Shown piece after piece: positions 13,496 through 26,880 of a stretch of DNA of 64,000 nt. This stretch comes from Rhizophagus irregularis. Taxonomy: Eukaryota. The position numbers were made by a program, and so were the translations under genes. The stretch covers positions 1,116,001 to 1,180,000 of the forward strand of contig NC_089433.1 in assembly GCF_026210795.1 (NCBI RefSeq), written 5' to 3'. Every line of letters begins with the position of its first letter. Position 1 is the stretch's first letter. Under the pieces are notes generated by a model that saw nothing but the letters and a program-made list of their open reading frames with translations, was not told where the DNA came from and did no database searches.

Positions 13496-14986
13496 ATGTC
13501 CAAACTCAATAAAGATATACTTTTCTTAATATTTGAGGAATTGCAGGATGATTCAAAATCCCTCTTTTCATGCTTAATGGTAAACAAGCATTGGTGTGAA
13601 ACTGTTATCCCAATTTTATGGAAGAACCCTTGGAATTATAATATTAATTATCGTAACAAAAGTTATTTATTTGCCATTATTACTTTCTATTTATCCGATG
13701 ATATTAAAGAATTTCTAACAAGACAAGAAATCCAATTACATTCAATCTCATCCAAATCACTTTTTTTTGATTATTTATCATTTTGCAGAAGTATTAATGT
13801 AAATATTATCAATGCTTTAATATCTACTGGAACCTCTTTAGCTTATAATCAATTTCTTTTACAACAAGAATTTTACAGTCTATTTATGAAAAAATGTCCG
13901 GAGTTAAAGTATTTGGATATGAAATCAATTAAACACCAAATATTTTATTTCCCAGAAGCTAATTCTCGTCTTGAATCACTCTTTGAATTAGAATGTGATA
14001 CATCTATTGATTCTTTATTCTTTTATGGATTAGCACGTTTTTGTCGATATATACAAAGAATCATAATTGTTAATGTTGACCCAAATCCAAATCATCATGG
14101 AATTGTTAAATTGATTGAAGTTCAGAAAAATTTAAGGTATTTTGAATGGATTGATGATTTTGATTATGAAAAAGAATGTTTCACAGATGATTTTTATAAA
14201 GAAATTTTTCTTGAATTAAAAAATAAGGCAGATACACTAAATCATTTTAAATTATTTTATAATGATGATGAAGTTTATGGACGTGAAATTCTACAAGAGA
14301 TACTTCAAGTACTTCATAAACTGAAGACATTAATAATTAATGATTTGGGCACAATTAGTGAATATTTATTGAAGACGTTAATTTATAATGATCTTGAAAT
14401 CCTCAATATAAATTATATTACAATAAACGAGGCTTCTATTATAATTGAAAATAGTGGAGGACAACTTAAAGTGGTTTTATCAAAACCTTATTACCGTTTA
14501 TATAACGATGATTTTGATGAAGGTTCTCTCATGTTTATTCGTAAAGTTTATGAAAATTGTCCTTTAATTGAAGTTTTATCACTTGCATTTTCATCATCAA
14601 AGAAACATTTCGCTGAATTTGAGATATTATTAAACGTTTGTCAGAATTTGAAATCATTATTGTTGATTATAAGAAGTACTGATATAATTGAAACTGGAGA
14701 AAAAATTTTAGAAAATGGAGAAGAATTATTAAAAGTATTGATTAGAGCAGCACCAAAAAATTTAAGAGAACTCAGGTTTTTCAATAATTTTAAATTTTCT
14801 TTAGAAGCCTTGGATGAATTCTTAGGAAAATGGAAAGGATGTGCACTCTCCATTCTTACATCTGATATTATTTATGAAGAAGAAAATTATAAAAAATTAA
14901 TTAATAAATATAAAAATAAGGGAGTAATTAAAAGCTTTAGATGTGAATCTTTTATGAATGTAGAAGATATGAATTTTAAGATATGA
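13496..14986 (+). CDS. F-box domain / RNI-like LRR protein, 496 aa
   Basis: Same F-box N-terminus (MSKLNKDILFLIFEELQDDSKSLFSCLMVNKHWC) and C-terminal NKGVIK motif as the other paralogs. Confidence 0.85.
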   Translation: MSKLNKDILFLIFEELQDDSKSLFSCLMVNKHWCETVIPILWKNPWNYNINYRNKSYLFAIITFYLSDDIKEFLTRQEIQLHSISSKSLFFDYLSFCRSINVNIINALISTGTSLAYNQFLLQQEFYSLFMKKCPELKYLDMKSIKHQIFYFPEANSRLESLFELECDTSIDSLFFYGLARFCRYIQRIIIVNVDPNPNHHGIVKLIEVQKNLRYFEWIDDFDYEKECFTDDFYKEIFLELKNKADTLNHFKLFYNDDEVYGREILQEILQVLHKLKTLIINDLGTISEYLLKTLIYNDLEILNINYITINEASIIIENSGGQLKVVLSKPYYRLYNDDFDEGSLMFIRKVYENCPLIEVLSLAFSSSKKHFAEFEILLNVCQNLKSLLLIIRSTDIIETGEKILENGEELLKVLIRAAPKNLRELRFFNNFKFSLEALDEFLGKWKGCALSILTSDIIYEEENYKKLINKYKNKGVIKSFRCESFMNVEDMNFKI

Positions 14987-15639
14987 TCAGATATGACAGT
15001 GTATTGTCATATTTTCCCGTTTTTAACATTTTAAATATGTAGAATATTAGGTTAATTGAAAGATTTTAGCCAACAAATGCTTGATTGTTCGGCTGAGACT
15101 GTGTTATTATTGGTCAAAGTTAGTGGACTAATGGTTTTATTCACTGGTGGTTTTTTTTATTAATGATTACATAGCATTATATTTTATAGTATAAGGTGGG
15201 TATTTATAGTACTACGCGGGTAATAAAAAATTATGAATCCATCTGATAGATCCGTCAATTGTAAAATTATGGGTTAATTAATGGAAGTTTCATTATTTTA
15301 TTTCGCATACAGTATATAAATAGTTTGCAAATTTTTGGTCATATATATATGTTGTGCGTCAGATAACAATTTGAGCTGACGTGCATCAGATGTAGATTGA
15401 TATCTGAGCGCGTTGTTATAATTAAGTTATATTTAAATTTTTTTTATTAAATAAGTTTATTAATTATATTGAAAAATATGTAATTCTAAAACATTAAATT
15501 GATTAGACTCAAACTCGTTGGAAAAGTACTTTATTCAAAAGTATTAATAAATTACAGGCAGATCTTATAACATACATTATGAAAATATTATACTTATTTA
15601 ATTTATGTAAAATATATGTTTATATGTACAGTAGTATAT

Positions 15640-18600
15640 ATAACCGTTCACAAGACATAAGCAAAAGTTATGATCAAGTAAACCGTCCCTTCTCAAACTA
15701 TCCCTTAAACGCCTGCACATCCCGGCTAACATTATAACAATCCTTATTAATCTTTTTACTAATCGTTTTAACCAAATAATTTTACAAGATAAACTTAGTA
15801 CATCTTTCAAAGTACTACAAGGAATCGACTAAGGTGAAGTAGTTAGTCCAATTTTATGGATATGATATTACGATCTGATGTTCACCAAAATTAAAGAATC
15901 AAGAGATCAAACATCTCCAAACTACGGCCAACAAAATTAATCTGATCATCAACTAACCTTTAACGCAGCGGCGGTGGGCTACCTGGACAACACTAGCTGC
16001 AACTAGCCTAAAAAATTTAGAACACAATCTACAAACCACAAAAGAATTCTATGAATTCGCTAATATAAGGCCACACAAATTCAATTTTTCGGTTCACGTA
16101 ACATTGAAATTTAAAATCAACCCGGGGACCCGGGGTTTATTGTTTATTAGTAAAAAAAGTTTATATATAAAATCGTGACATTTGATTGGTTGACTTTTAA
16201 AAGGGAGGAATTTATTTTCGCTCTAGAAGTTCTCAGCCGCGTGATAAACTTACCCGCTAATAAAATTACGTCCTGATCAAATGATAAATTTTTTATATAT
16301 AAACTTTTTTTTATTGAAATTTGAAAAAGTGACCCGGCCGGGTGAAGTGAACCGAAAATTCGAATTTGTGTGGCCTAACCATAAACCACGACAAATACGA
16401 AATCTTAACTAACGACTCAACAGTTAGTAGGTCATCTAGTAATGAACCCTAGGAATCTATATTAACGCTTTTCACACGGAAGGCCCATCGATTAAAAAAA
16501 TGCGTCAAATAGTTATAATGAAAAACAAAAAAATCACACATGAACATTTGTTTTATGTTATCAACAAAGTCATAATACCTAAATTAGAATATACAAATCA
16601 ATTCGTTATTTAACAGAAAGTCAATGTAATATTATTTTGTCAACCCCTAAAAACCTTTTTTAAACGCCATCCATAACAACATCATTAACAACAAACTATT
16701 TCACAACATTAATAACTTTTACTACAACCAATTTTATGCACATTGTGCTATTACTAATGTTCTTTTTAATTCGAGATAATTTAAAGTAATAGGGCTACAG
16801 AAAATTTTACATACACAATACGAATATTGGTTACCTAACTTCCCTACACCAGAAGACCTAACGTCTTTACCAAAAGGCAAATCATCTTTATTGATCAAAG
16901 AAGTTAGTATTATATAACAAATTTCACATCACCTTTCTTCCGCACAATGATGTAACCATCGTAGGAGGAAATACTCCCATCATCCATCACATACCTAACC
17001 TACAACCTAATGGCTTAACATCTTTACATAGATGGCGGATATTTGGAAATCATGGAAATACTTACGCACCTTACTGACAATAATTTTAAAGAACGTAAAC
17101 CAAACTGGTTCCAAAATTGGAAACAGACGGAACTTTATCCAACTACAACAGAAGACTGATTTCACCACTTACTTCCTCTTCGATTAACAAATTATACTGC
17201 AAAACCCCTAAAATCCTTTCATCTTACTATTATAGACCTAACAACGAGACCAAAACTTGGGATCCGACTAACAATAACGAAATATACGGCAAAACGGTGG
17301 AACAGGTTAACAACCAGTTGGCTCAATTACATATAGAGAACATTACATACCTCACATCGACACCGACGAATCTTTATCGACTTTGACACCTCGTATACAT
17401 ACGCCAATATTACGCCCATGTAAGGGCTGTCGATTACACTCGCCGTATTAAAGACCTAAATGCGTCGTGATGACGTGCACAGAGCAAGTGAATGAAGTGA
17501 TTAAATTTTCAATTCATGCAAAACAATAAAAGCCAAAAGTGAACATGAAACCACTAAAAATAGTGTATTCCCCATTTCTAGTCTAATCAATTTGAGAACT
17601 TTCATACAAACCTACTCAGTCACGTGACTCATCTACACCTCCGGACCAAACTGACTCCGGACAAAATCAGTTCCCAAGATAATTAACTAACACAATTCAA
17701 CAAATTAAGAATAGCTTGATCGGAGATCAAGATAGCATTTTATTACTTATCAATCTAGCATCTCAATTACAACACCAAACAAATTTAACTTTTTATACTG
17801 ATGGATCGTTACGTACGCGTTCGCCTACACAACCTAATACCTTCTTGGGTGGAAGGCTTACCGCCATAACTTACAAAGGCAGAACTACATTCACCCCATC
17901 GCCGAGCAAGGCAGAAGGAATTGCCATTCTTACAGCAATACTTATTTGCTCGTCTAATAGTACGGTTGACATTTACACAGATTCACAAAACGCCATCTCT
18001 ACATACTATCGTATTTCAAACAAATTAACTTCAGAACGAAGGATTTTAAAAATTAGCAATCATCTCATTTGGAGACTCATTCACCATCTCATAACGTTCA
18101 ATAACATTCAACTCACCTTTCATAAAGTAAAAGCACACTCAGAAATTCACTTTAACGAACTAGCTGATACCTTAACGAAAGAAGATCAAGATATAAACCC
18201 TTCATTATTAACCCGAAAGTTTTACCTACTCCCTGATGACGCCTATATGGGATTCCATAGGTAGGATCTATTGATAGGGACATTAGAAAATTTGGATTTA
18301 GAATCACAGAAGCGTACACACTCAAAACACTTTCTTACACAACAAACCCTTGCAACTACTATTTAATGAACATCGCCTTACAGATATTTAAGAGAGCATG
18401 GCAGAATAACAATGATACCACCGACATCTGCAGCGCCAACTAAAGCAAGAAAACGCTTTCAAAATTAAATGTTTGAACCTATATTACCGTGTAGAAACAT
18501 ATTACAAAAACATTATCCTCTTACCTTGTCTATTATGCAAGACACACAACGACACTAACCAACACCTAGTTTTCTGTCCTCCCTTAATACCACAAATCGA

Positions 18601-19420
18601 ACAGATTTTTAAAGAACAATCAATCCACCTAAGAACGCTCATGTTACCTCACATTAGCGATAATACCTTAACTTATTTTCTCAACTATTACAGATACGTC
18701 ACATCTAATTTATTTGGTGATTCACCAAATAGTCCCTCAAGAAATTGTAGACACCATTCAACGCTACGTGTCTAAATTCAGTCTATTCTTATAGACTTTT
18801 TTACAATCTTTCATACGTCTCTAAAGTCATTGGTAGCATCATTAGTTGCTCAATACCCTAAAGAGATTTTTATGCAGGTTACCTTACAGAATTAAATACG
18901 CGATTATACAAACTCATTTGTCTGACCCGTAGTGAAGCTCTCATTATTTGGGAACGGGCCAATGATATCACACCAAAGAAAAAAAAATTATAGAAAGAAA
19001 TTTAAACACAAGAAACGACGTTCAACTAACAGACACGAGCCACCATCTTTATTATTAAATCGCAATATTTCTGATGAACATTTTATTCCGAGATGTGTCG
19101 TATTGATAACTTCAAATTATTTACACTCGGGTGGATGGTCATCGTTTATACCTGTTTATGGGAATGGATTGAATTTTTTAGAAAACATTCTAATTTTTTT
19201 TCTTTTTTTACTGGGTTTTCTTCTTTTTTACTATAGATAGTTTTATTCTCGTTCTTTTTATAATACGGGTGGAGAACTGGTTACGCCTTAAGTTGGAGTC
19301 AATATGAGGCGAGACGACTCTCATTTTGTGGGGTTGGAATATAACTTGTCTAAGTTTAGTTTAGTCTGGTATTTGTAATACTTGTAATGACCAATTCTGT
19401 TATTTCCCTACTAAAAAAAT
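15640..19420 (+). mobile_element. Degenerate non-LTR retrotransposon (RT + RNase H + C-terminal zinc finger)
   Basis: RT fragments (VLQGID*GEVVSPILW; GYLDNT in place of YxDD), RNase H ORF 17716-18264 (FYTDGS, KAEG, IYTDSQ, HKVKAHS, NELAD), CxxC-H-C motif in 18473-18775, A/C-skewed strand, many frameshifts. Boundaries approximate. Confidence 0.85.
16069..16375. mobile_element. PIF/Harbinger (Tourist-like) MITE nested in the LINE RT
   Basis: TIR GGCCACACAAATTC..TTTTCGGTTCAC / GTGAACCGAAAA..GAATTTGTGTGGCC; TAA TSD; removing it restores FYEFANITINHDKYEIL. Confidence 0.85.
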
Positions 19421-19675
19421 AAATGTCACATACAAGTTTACTTATGGAATAGCGGATTTTTGACAAGCAAACTAATTGATAGGCGCTTATCCAGTGATCT
19501 ATACATTTATACCAAAAAAGGATAGTCTAGGTGTCCCAACTGTGTCATGTGTATCGATTGAAAATCAGTTGGGAGAGCGATTCAGGTGACGCATGTCAGC
19601 TGCATCTGATGCAAATCGCACAACTTATATATATACACTTTCTTTGCTTTCTTTGAAGGGTTATTTATTAACTAA

Positions 19676-19857
19676 CCCTATAAAAATTTCTATCTGAATA
19701 TTTCCATTATTTCTTCGTGGATTTCGTAAAATTCCGTGAAAATTCACGGATATCCGTGTTAGAGAGATGAAAAATTTCCATGATTTTAGGTTCCATGAAA
19801 ATAGTACATTCACGGAAAAAACGTGGAAATATAAAACACGGATCAATATTCACAGGG
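19676..19857. mobile_element. CCC...GGG-ended MITE, copy 1 (homologous to 24274-24472)
   Basis: CCCTATAAAAA...CACAGGG with internal sequence nearly identical to 24274-24472; flanks TAA/AAA. Confidence 0.75.
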
Positions 19858-20832
19858 AAATTACAATGAATTGATTTGTAGACGATATTAAGGTAAGAAG
19901 TACAATGTGTCAAATTCAATTTATCAAATATTATAAATTTTGTAAATCTATTATTACTATCACATGTATATAAACTGATTAAAATATAAATTAAAACTAT
20001 TTTATAACTTTTCAAATTTTGTATGTTTAATGAATATTTAATTATGTAATATTTTATTTCGTTTCATCATATCTTGTTCTTCGCAAATGTAAAAATTTTA
20101 TTTAAAAATGATCTTAACTCCTATTTTTTTTTTCTCTAATTCTATATTACTAACCATTATTCAAACTTTCATGCTTGTTTGATAATTTGATACTAGTGAT
20201 TAGCTGAACTACTAAGTACGTTCGGTTCACTTTTTAGAATCATTCATTTCACGGACAATCAATTCACCGAAAACACGCGGTGTGATGTATAAACATAATG
20301 GCCGGAGTTATGACATAATGTGGGCCAGGTGTTTAATTGTCACATAATATCGGTGAATTGATTTTCGTTAATACGTCTGTCGGTAAAATGAAATGCATAT
20401 TATTTAGGGGTCAATCCGGACGATTCAAAGAATAGTAAATTAATTCGGTGAATAAGAAATCGAATAGAATGGTAAAATTATTCAATGAATAAGGAGACCA
20501 AAATTGTTTTTTGGGGGAAAGGGGGTCGGACCAATTCAAAATTGTAAAATTTGGAGAAAATTGAAAGGTTTTTATATTAAAACTACAATTAAATCTTGGC
20601 AAAAAACTTCCGTGATCACGTGATATAGTATTGTTCTGTGAAACATTGTTTGATCTACAAATTAATTATGTTCCTAATTTGGTTAATTCTGCCGGGAACA
20701 TAATTCCGCCGATGTTTTATTTGATTAAAAGTTTTTCCGCGATAATATTCTTCAATTATAAAAGATCTTGTAGAAAAACATTTGTAGAAAAATATTTATG
20801 AGTTTTTTTTTCCATTTTTTTATTGACTAAGA

Positions 20833-22332
20833 ATGTTTAAACTTAACGAAGATATCCTTTTCTTAGTAATTGAAAAATTAAAAGATGATTCAAAATCCCT
20901 CTTTTCATGTTTAATGGTAAATAAACTTTGGTGTGAAAATACCATTCCGATCTTATGGAGAAATCCTTGGAGTTATGATATTGATTATTATAATGATAAT
21001 AATTATTTATTTACCATTATTATTTCTTATTTATCCGATGATATTAAAGAATTTCTAATTAGACAAGGAATTCAATTACCATCTCCATCAATTTCACCCC
21101 AATCGCTTTCATTTGATTATTTATCGTTCTGTAAAAGTATAAATATAATTATTATAAATATTATAATTTCAATTAAAACTTCTTTAATTTATAATCAATT
21201 TCTTTTACAACAAGAATTTTATAAATTATTTATGAAAAAATGTTCAGAGTTAATATATTTGAATATGAAATCTATTAAGCATCAAATATATTATTTTCCA
21301 GATGCTAATAATCGCCTTGAAACATTATATGAATTAGAATGTGATACATCAATTGATTCCTCATATTATTATGGATTGGCACGTATTTGTAAATGTATAC
21401 AAAGAATCATCATTTTTAATGTAAATCCAAAAGATAATCATGGAATTGCTAAATTAATTGAAGTTCAAAAGAATTTAAAGTATTTTGAATGGAATGATGA
21501 TTTTAAAAATATAGATTTTACATATGATCCTTATGAAGAAATCCTTTTTGAATTAGAAAAAAAGACAAATATTCTTAAACATTTAAAAATATTCTTACAT
21601 TATGTTGATAATTTTGAACGTTCATTATTATTATTACAAAATGTACTTATGAAACTTAATGGATTAAAAACATTAATGGGTGATTTTAGTATTTTTGGAG
21701 AACATGAAATGAAAATGTTATACTTTAATAATCTTGAAATCCTTCACATTGATTGTATTACATTAATTGAAGCTTCAATCATAATTGAAAATAGTGGAGG
21801 AAAACTTAAGGAAGTTTCAATAAAACCTTATGATTTTGTATATTATGAAGATAATTTTAGTGAAGACACTTTGATTTTTATTCGTAAGATTTATCAAAAA
21901 TGTCCTTTAATTGAAGTTTTATCACTTGCTTTTTCACTTTCAAAAGATCATTTTATTGAATTCGAAAATTTATTAAAAATTTGTCAAAATTTAAAATCTT
22001 TATTATTATTCACATCAAATTTTCATATACGTGAGACTGAAGAAAAAATTTTAGAAAGTGGTGAAGAAATTTTAAAAATATTAATTAGTTCTGCATCAAA
22101 TAATTTAAGAGAAATTAGATTTTTTAATAATTTCAAATTTTCTTTGGGAACTTTGGAAAATTTCTTAGAAAATTGGAGAGGTCGACCTGCACTTTCTATA
22201 CTTACTTCTAGTACTATTTATGAAGAGGAAGATTATAAAAATTTGATTGATGATTATAAAAATGATGGAGTGATTAAAACTTTTAAATATGAATCTGTTA
22301 TAAATGTAGAAAATATGAACTTTAGGATATGA
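20833..22332 (+). CDS. F-box domain / RNI-like LRR protein, 499 aa
   Basis: Paralog most similar by eye to 13496-14986 (YELECDTSIDS, CPLIEVLSLAFS). Confidence 0.85.
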   Translation: MFKLNEDILFLVIEKLKDDSKSLFSCLMVNKLWCENTIPILWRNPWSYDIDYYNDNNYLFTIIISYLSDDIKEFLIRQGIQLPSPSISPQSLSFDYLSFCKSINIIIINIIISIKTSLIYNQFLLQQEFYKLFMKKCSELIYLNMKSIKHQIYYFPDANNRLETLYELECDTSIDSSYYYGLARICKCIQRIIIFNVNPKDNHGIAKLIEVQKNLKYFEWNDDFKNIDFTYDPYEEILFELEKKTNILKHLKIFLHYVDNFERSLLLLQNVLMKLNGLKTLMGDFSIFGEHEMKMLYFNNLEILHIDCITLIEASIIIENSGGKLKEVSIKPYDFVYYEDNFSEDTLIFIRKIYQKCPLIEVLSLAFSLSKDHFIEFENLLKICQNLKSLLLFTSNFHIRETEEKILESGEEILKILISSASNNLREIRFFNNFKFSLGTLENFLENWRGRPALSILTSSTIYEEEDYKNLIDDYKNDGVIKTFKYESVINVENMNFRI

Positions 22333-22492
22333 ATTTTTAATATGTTGTCACATTTTAAGTATATGTAGAAAATATGAACTTTATGAATTTTAATATGTAT
22401 TTTAAGTATATTGTAAGATTTAACAATGTAGAAAATATGAACTTTAAGATATGAATTTTATTATGTATTTTAAGTATATAGTAAGATTTAGC
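22304..22492 (+). repeat. Three ~60-bp tandem copies spanning the F-box stop codon
   Basis: ATGTAGAAAATATGAACTTTA at about 22304, 22363 and 22426. Confidence 0.8.
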
Positions 22493-23114
22493 AATCAAAA
22501 AAACTTTTTTTTTAAATTAAAATATTTATAATAAGAAATTAATAAAATATAAGAATATAATTTGCTTTAAAATAATCTGAAAATTTTTTTGATGAAAATG
22601 TGTAGAAACTTAACATGAGCCAAGATATCATCCAATAATATGTCATTATAATGAGATGTCATTATAACGGCGTGTACTTGTATATTGAAATATTTTTACG
22701 TTTGGATCTTTTACCAGCTTTAACAGTAATATCATAACATTTATCATTTTCCAAAACTTCTATGTAATCTTAATTTGACCTTCAAAGAAGATCATTTGTA
22801 TATTTCTTTTATTAAATTATTAAATGCAAAAAAAGGTGCAAAAAGAACTAATATTGAACAAATTAAATGACGTCAACATATAATTACGTAAAATTTATTT
22901 GATTGGGTGGTTTATATCAGTTCGAAAAGATTAATTCCCCGTAATAAATTTATTGCCTGCGATGTTGATATTGATGAAAGTTCCTTAACGTAATTTATTA
23001 TGAAATTGGAGGTATTTTTTCCTTTGAAATTTGTTTGTTATAATTTATCATTATTGCAGAATGCACTATAGTGAACTCCTTGTTAATTATTCCTAGAGAT
23101 ACTTATCACGTCAA

Positions 23115-23520
23115 CTATCCACTGCGATCATCAGGTAGGTATTCACCCTCACCCGACAGATCAGTTCCATAGCTGGCATAGCAGGATTCGTTCAAACGGG
23201 TCATCAAGCTCAGGAATCACCGAACAGATCAGCAGGTGAAGTCATCGGGTATTCTCTGCCGCGATCATCACCGACAGATCCGTTCCATAGCAGGATTTGT
23301 TCACAAGCTCTGGAATCGCAGAACAGATCAGCAGGTAAGGTCATCAGGTATTCTCTGCCACGATCATCAGTAGGTCATTGACAGATCCGTTCCATAGCAG
23401 AATTCATTCAAACGGTAACAATCTCAGGAACCGCAGAACAGAACAGCAGGTAAGGTCTCGGGGATAATCCGCCGCGATCATCAGGTTCCACCCGACAGAT
23501 CCCAAACGGGTCAGCGAGTC
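23115..23520. repeat. GC-rich minisatellite, ~110-135-bp unit, about 3.5 copies
   Basis: Repeated CGATCATCA...GACAGATC.GTTCCATAGC...GAACAGATCAGCAGGT. Confidence 0.8.
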
Positions 23521-23640
23521 CAAATTATTTAATAAGTTTATAAACCAAATCAATTAAAGATTTTGTTAATTATATTATAAATTCATATTGAATTTAATTA
23601 GTTAAAATTTTTAATAGATGTTGTTTTACATTATTGTGTT

Positions 23641-24937
23641 ATTGTCCGAAGCGTTAGCGAAGGACTAAATTTGTTTTAACCCCGTTTTTATCCCTGTCAC
23701 AATCGACAATTTTATTTCCTTTTTTTGAATATGTATCACGATTTATGTCACACTACTTATTTGACCCCTGAAATATGCCAAATAAATAAGTTTCCGTTTT
23801 CCTAGTATAGTACAAAACGCACCTCATTTAAATATTTGTTTGTGATTCATTTAACCTTTTTAAAGCAAATTACAGGGTCATTTTTATGATATTCTTTTGC
23901 AAATTATTTTTATTTATATTTCTAAATCTATCTACCCATTCAAAGAAATCCATCAATATTCGTTTACTATTTCTTACATTATATATTATATCTTGTATAA
24001 ACTTATTGATATCATGATTTTTAAAAGTTTATTGCAATACAAATAATTTTGTTTACTGTATTTACTGTATTGGTATTTTTATATGAGATATTTAGTTTGT
24101 TAAATTGGTATTTCATTGGTTATTTATAAAACTTATTATTTTTATTTTATTTTTTTTATTTTTTTTTTAGTTTTAGAATGAATTTGTCATTAGGAAATTT
24201 TTTAGGCGTAACCATGCGACGGGTGTAGGTTTTTGTAAATTTCTCATAAAAATTTACGTGAACTTGTGTAAACCCCTATAAAAAATTTTTATCCGAATAT
24301 TTCCATTATTTCTCCGTGTCTTCCGTAAAAATTCCGTGAAAATGATACATTCACGGATATCCGTGTTAGCGAGATGAAAATTTCCATGATTTAAGGTTAT
24401 TAATTCCATGAAAATGATACATTCACTGAAAAAACATGGAAAGATAAAACACGGATCAGATTTTTTACAGGGAACTTAATTCCCATTAGGAATAACTACT
24501 AAGATACTGTAATTTGGATGGTTTTCGAAAATTTACTAAAAATAATGGTTAACCAGATAGAAACCTCTTATTTTTGGGCCATATATTTCATTTTACATTG
24601 TGCAACATGTAAATTTTATACTTGTATTACCTTTCTATCGCTATATTTAGGTTAATTTAATAATAGGAAATAAATAAAAATAAAGAATATATTCTTAAAA
24701 ATTCTTGAACGGTTTCCTTTCCTAGTTATTGTACTGTACATAATTATTGATTTTAAAAAAATATTTTAAGTCCTTCGCGTTGCATAACTCACAGATGTTA
24801 CGATTGTTACGTGACCTACGTGTCATTTATTATTTATTTGGCATATTTCAGGGGTCAAATAAGTAGTGTTACATAAATAAAAGGAAATAAAATTGTCGAT
24901 TGTGATAGGGGGTTAAACAAATTTTGCTTCGGACAAT
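23641..24937. mobile_element. Non-autonomous foldback element with long (>100 bp) inverted ends
   Basis: 23642-23789 (TTGTCCGAAGC...CACTACTTATTTGACCCCTGAAATATGCCAAATAAATAA) is inverted at 24830-24937. A related end motif occurs at 50091-50118. Confidence 0.7.
24274..24472. mobile_element. CCC...GGG-ended MITE, copy 2
   Basis: CCCTATAAAAAA / TTTTTTACAGGG with 3-bp TSD AAC. Confidence 0.8.
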
Positions 24938-24968
24938 TATTTCTAATTACATACATGACAATCGTGGC

Positions 24969-25494
24969 TAGGGATGCTCATGGCTCGAACCAAACCGGTT
25001 CGGTTCATTGGCGGTTCGGCTCGGTTCAGTTCGTGAGTGAACCGGGTGAACCATCGACTCACGGCTAAATTCTGTAATTCTGGCCGGAGTTAACTAATGT
25101 CACGTGATGTTGCACTAATTTCCATATCTTACAAAAACTGAAAATGTGTTACACGGCATTCCAAAAATGGAATGTCACGTGATTTCCAGATAATTTCGGC
25201 CAGTTTCGGTAGCTTTGGCCAAGTTTCGGAAGTTTCGGCTAAGTTTTGGTAATTTCGGCCAGTTTCGGAAGTTTCGACCAGAGTTCAGCCAACTGGTTTT
25301 AGTTTTGGAAATCCAAAATTAGCTTTGGTAAGCAATATTAAAATTTAACTATCATTAATTAGATGATCTAAAATGCTATAAAAAATCAATTGAGTCAATG
25401 GTTCACCCAGTTCACTCACGAACCAAACTGAACCGAACCGCCTATGAACCAGCTCAGGTTTGAGTCATCAGTTAGTGAACCGTGATCATCCTTA
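24969..25494. mobile_element. hAT-type MITE
   Basis: TIR TAGGGATGCTCA / TGATCATCCTTA; perfect 8-bp TSD ATCGTGGC; GGTTC/GAACC subterminal repeats. Confidence 0.85.
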
Positions 25495-26364
25495 ATCGTG
25501 GCACATAAAACATAAACTAAATACAAAATCTAATTGGTCAAAAGTAAATGGTACCTATGCTACTCTTATTATTTAAAATTTTATTAACATATCCGCCGAT
25601 CTGCGGAATTAACAAAATTCATCTAAATTAAGGAATTTGACAATAATTTAATAAAAATTAGGTAAATTAAGTTTCGCAAAAATGATCCCACTTGTGCTAC
25701 ATGATCATATGACGGATATCAAGAAATTACTTCAACAAAAAAAGTAGCATTAAAAAATTTTCTTCTTTCGTAAACTCCCTATTAAACTCCCCATCAACTC
25801 CCCCATAAACTTTTCAACCAGTTTTTACATCAAGTAAGTTGAGAATTTCTGCAAGTATATTAATTATTTTATATTAGATACAACTTGGAGCTGTTTTTTT
25901 ATTTTTATTTTATAGTTTATAGAAAAAATTTATTTAGAAAGCAAAATTATTCAAAAAAAATCTCTCAATAAATAAATAACTCTAAATATTAATAATGATG
26001 TTTTAGTGAATTTAGATTATGTATTGATTAGCTGTTTAATTAAAATCTATTTGATATTTATTATTAATTATTTTTCAGTTAATTTTTTTTCGTTAAATCA
26101 TTAAATATTCTGGATTTTGTAAAGTTTTTCTTCTTTTTTTTTTTAATAAACTAACTTTATAATATTTTTTTCCTTTTTTTCCTAGAAACTCCTTCTATTG
26201 GTTTCAGTTTTAAGAGGTAAATATTTTGGGAGAGGTCTTAAAAGTTTTTTTTATATATTTTTTGACATTTTTTCTTACGTAGGAACAGGTTTTGCGCCAT
26301 ATAACTGATGATCGGCAAATTCTACAAATCGGTGTATATGATATAGCTTAAAATACATTGGAAT

Positions 26365-26880
26365 GGGTTACGTTTAATTCACTAACAATTACTTCACTGA
26401 CAACCATTTCACTAACAAATGTTTCACCGATATATATACAAAATTAAATATAAAATTTTATAAATATATCTTTATATGGAATAGGGGATTTTTTTTGTTA
26501 GTAACACGTATTTCTTTGTTAGATTTAATAAAATACAGAAAAACTACTACTATATATTTCCTTAGGGGAATAGCACATACTTTTTACAATTGTTTTGTTG
26601 TGATGATCAAAACAAAAAAGTTTATATATATATATATTTGTTAGTAACGCGCATTACTTTTATTATTTTAATGAAATTTATAATAACATATATAAAAAAA
26701 ATAAAAAAAAATACAATAGATATAACTATATGATATCCTATTTACTAACCCGTCTAAGATGGAAATAAGTATCAATTAGATCTAAACTAAATATCCAAAA
26801 AGTTTTTATAATAAAATATCTCATATTCAATATTTATTTTTTATGTCAGTGAAATGATTGTCAGTGAAATGAACCAAACC
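26365..26880. mobile_element. Mutator-like MITE
   Basis: GG...CC ends, TTCACT.ACAA repeats inverted at the far end (GTCAGTGAAATG), near-perfect 9-bp TSD CATTGGAAT/AATTGGAAT. Confidence 0.7.
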
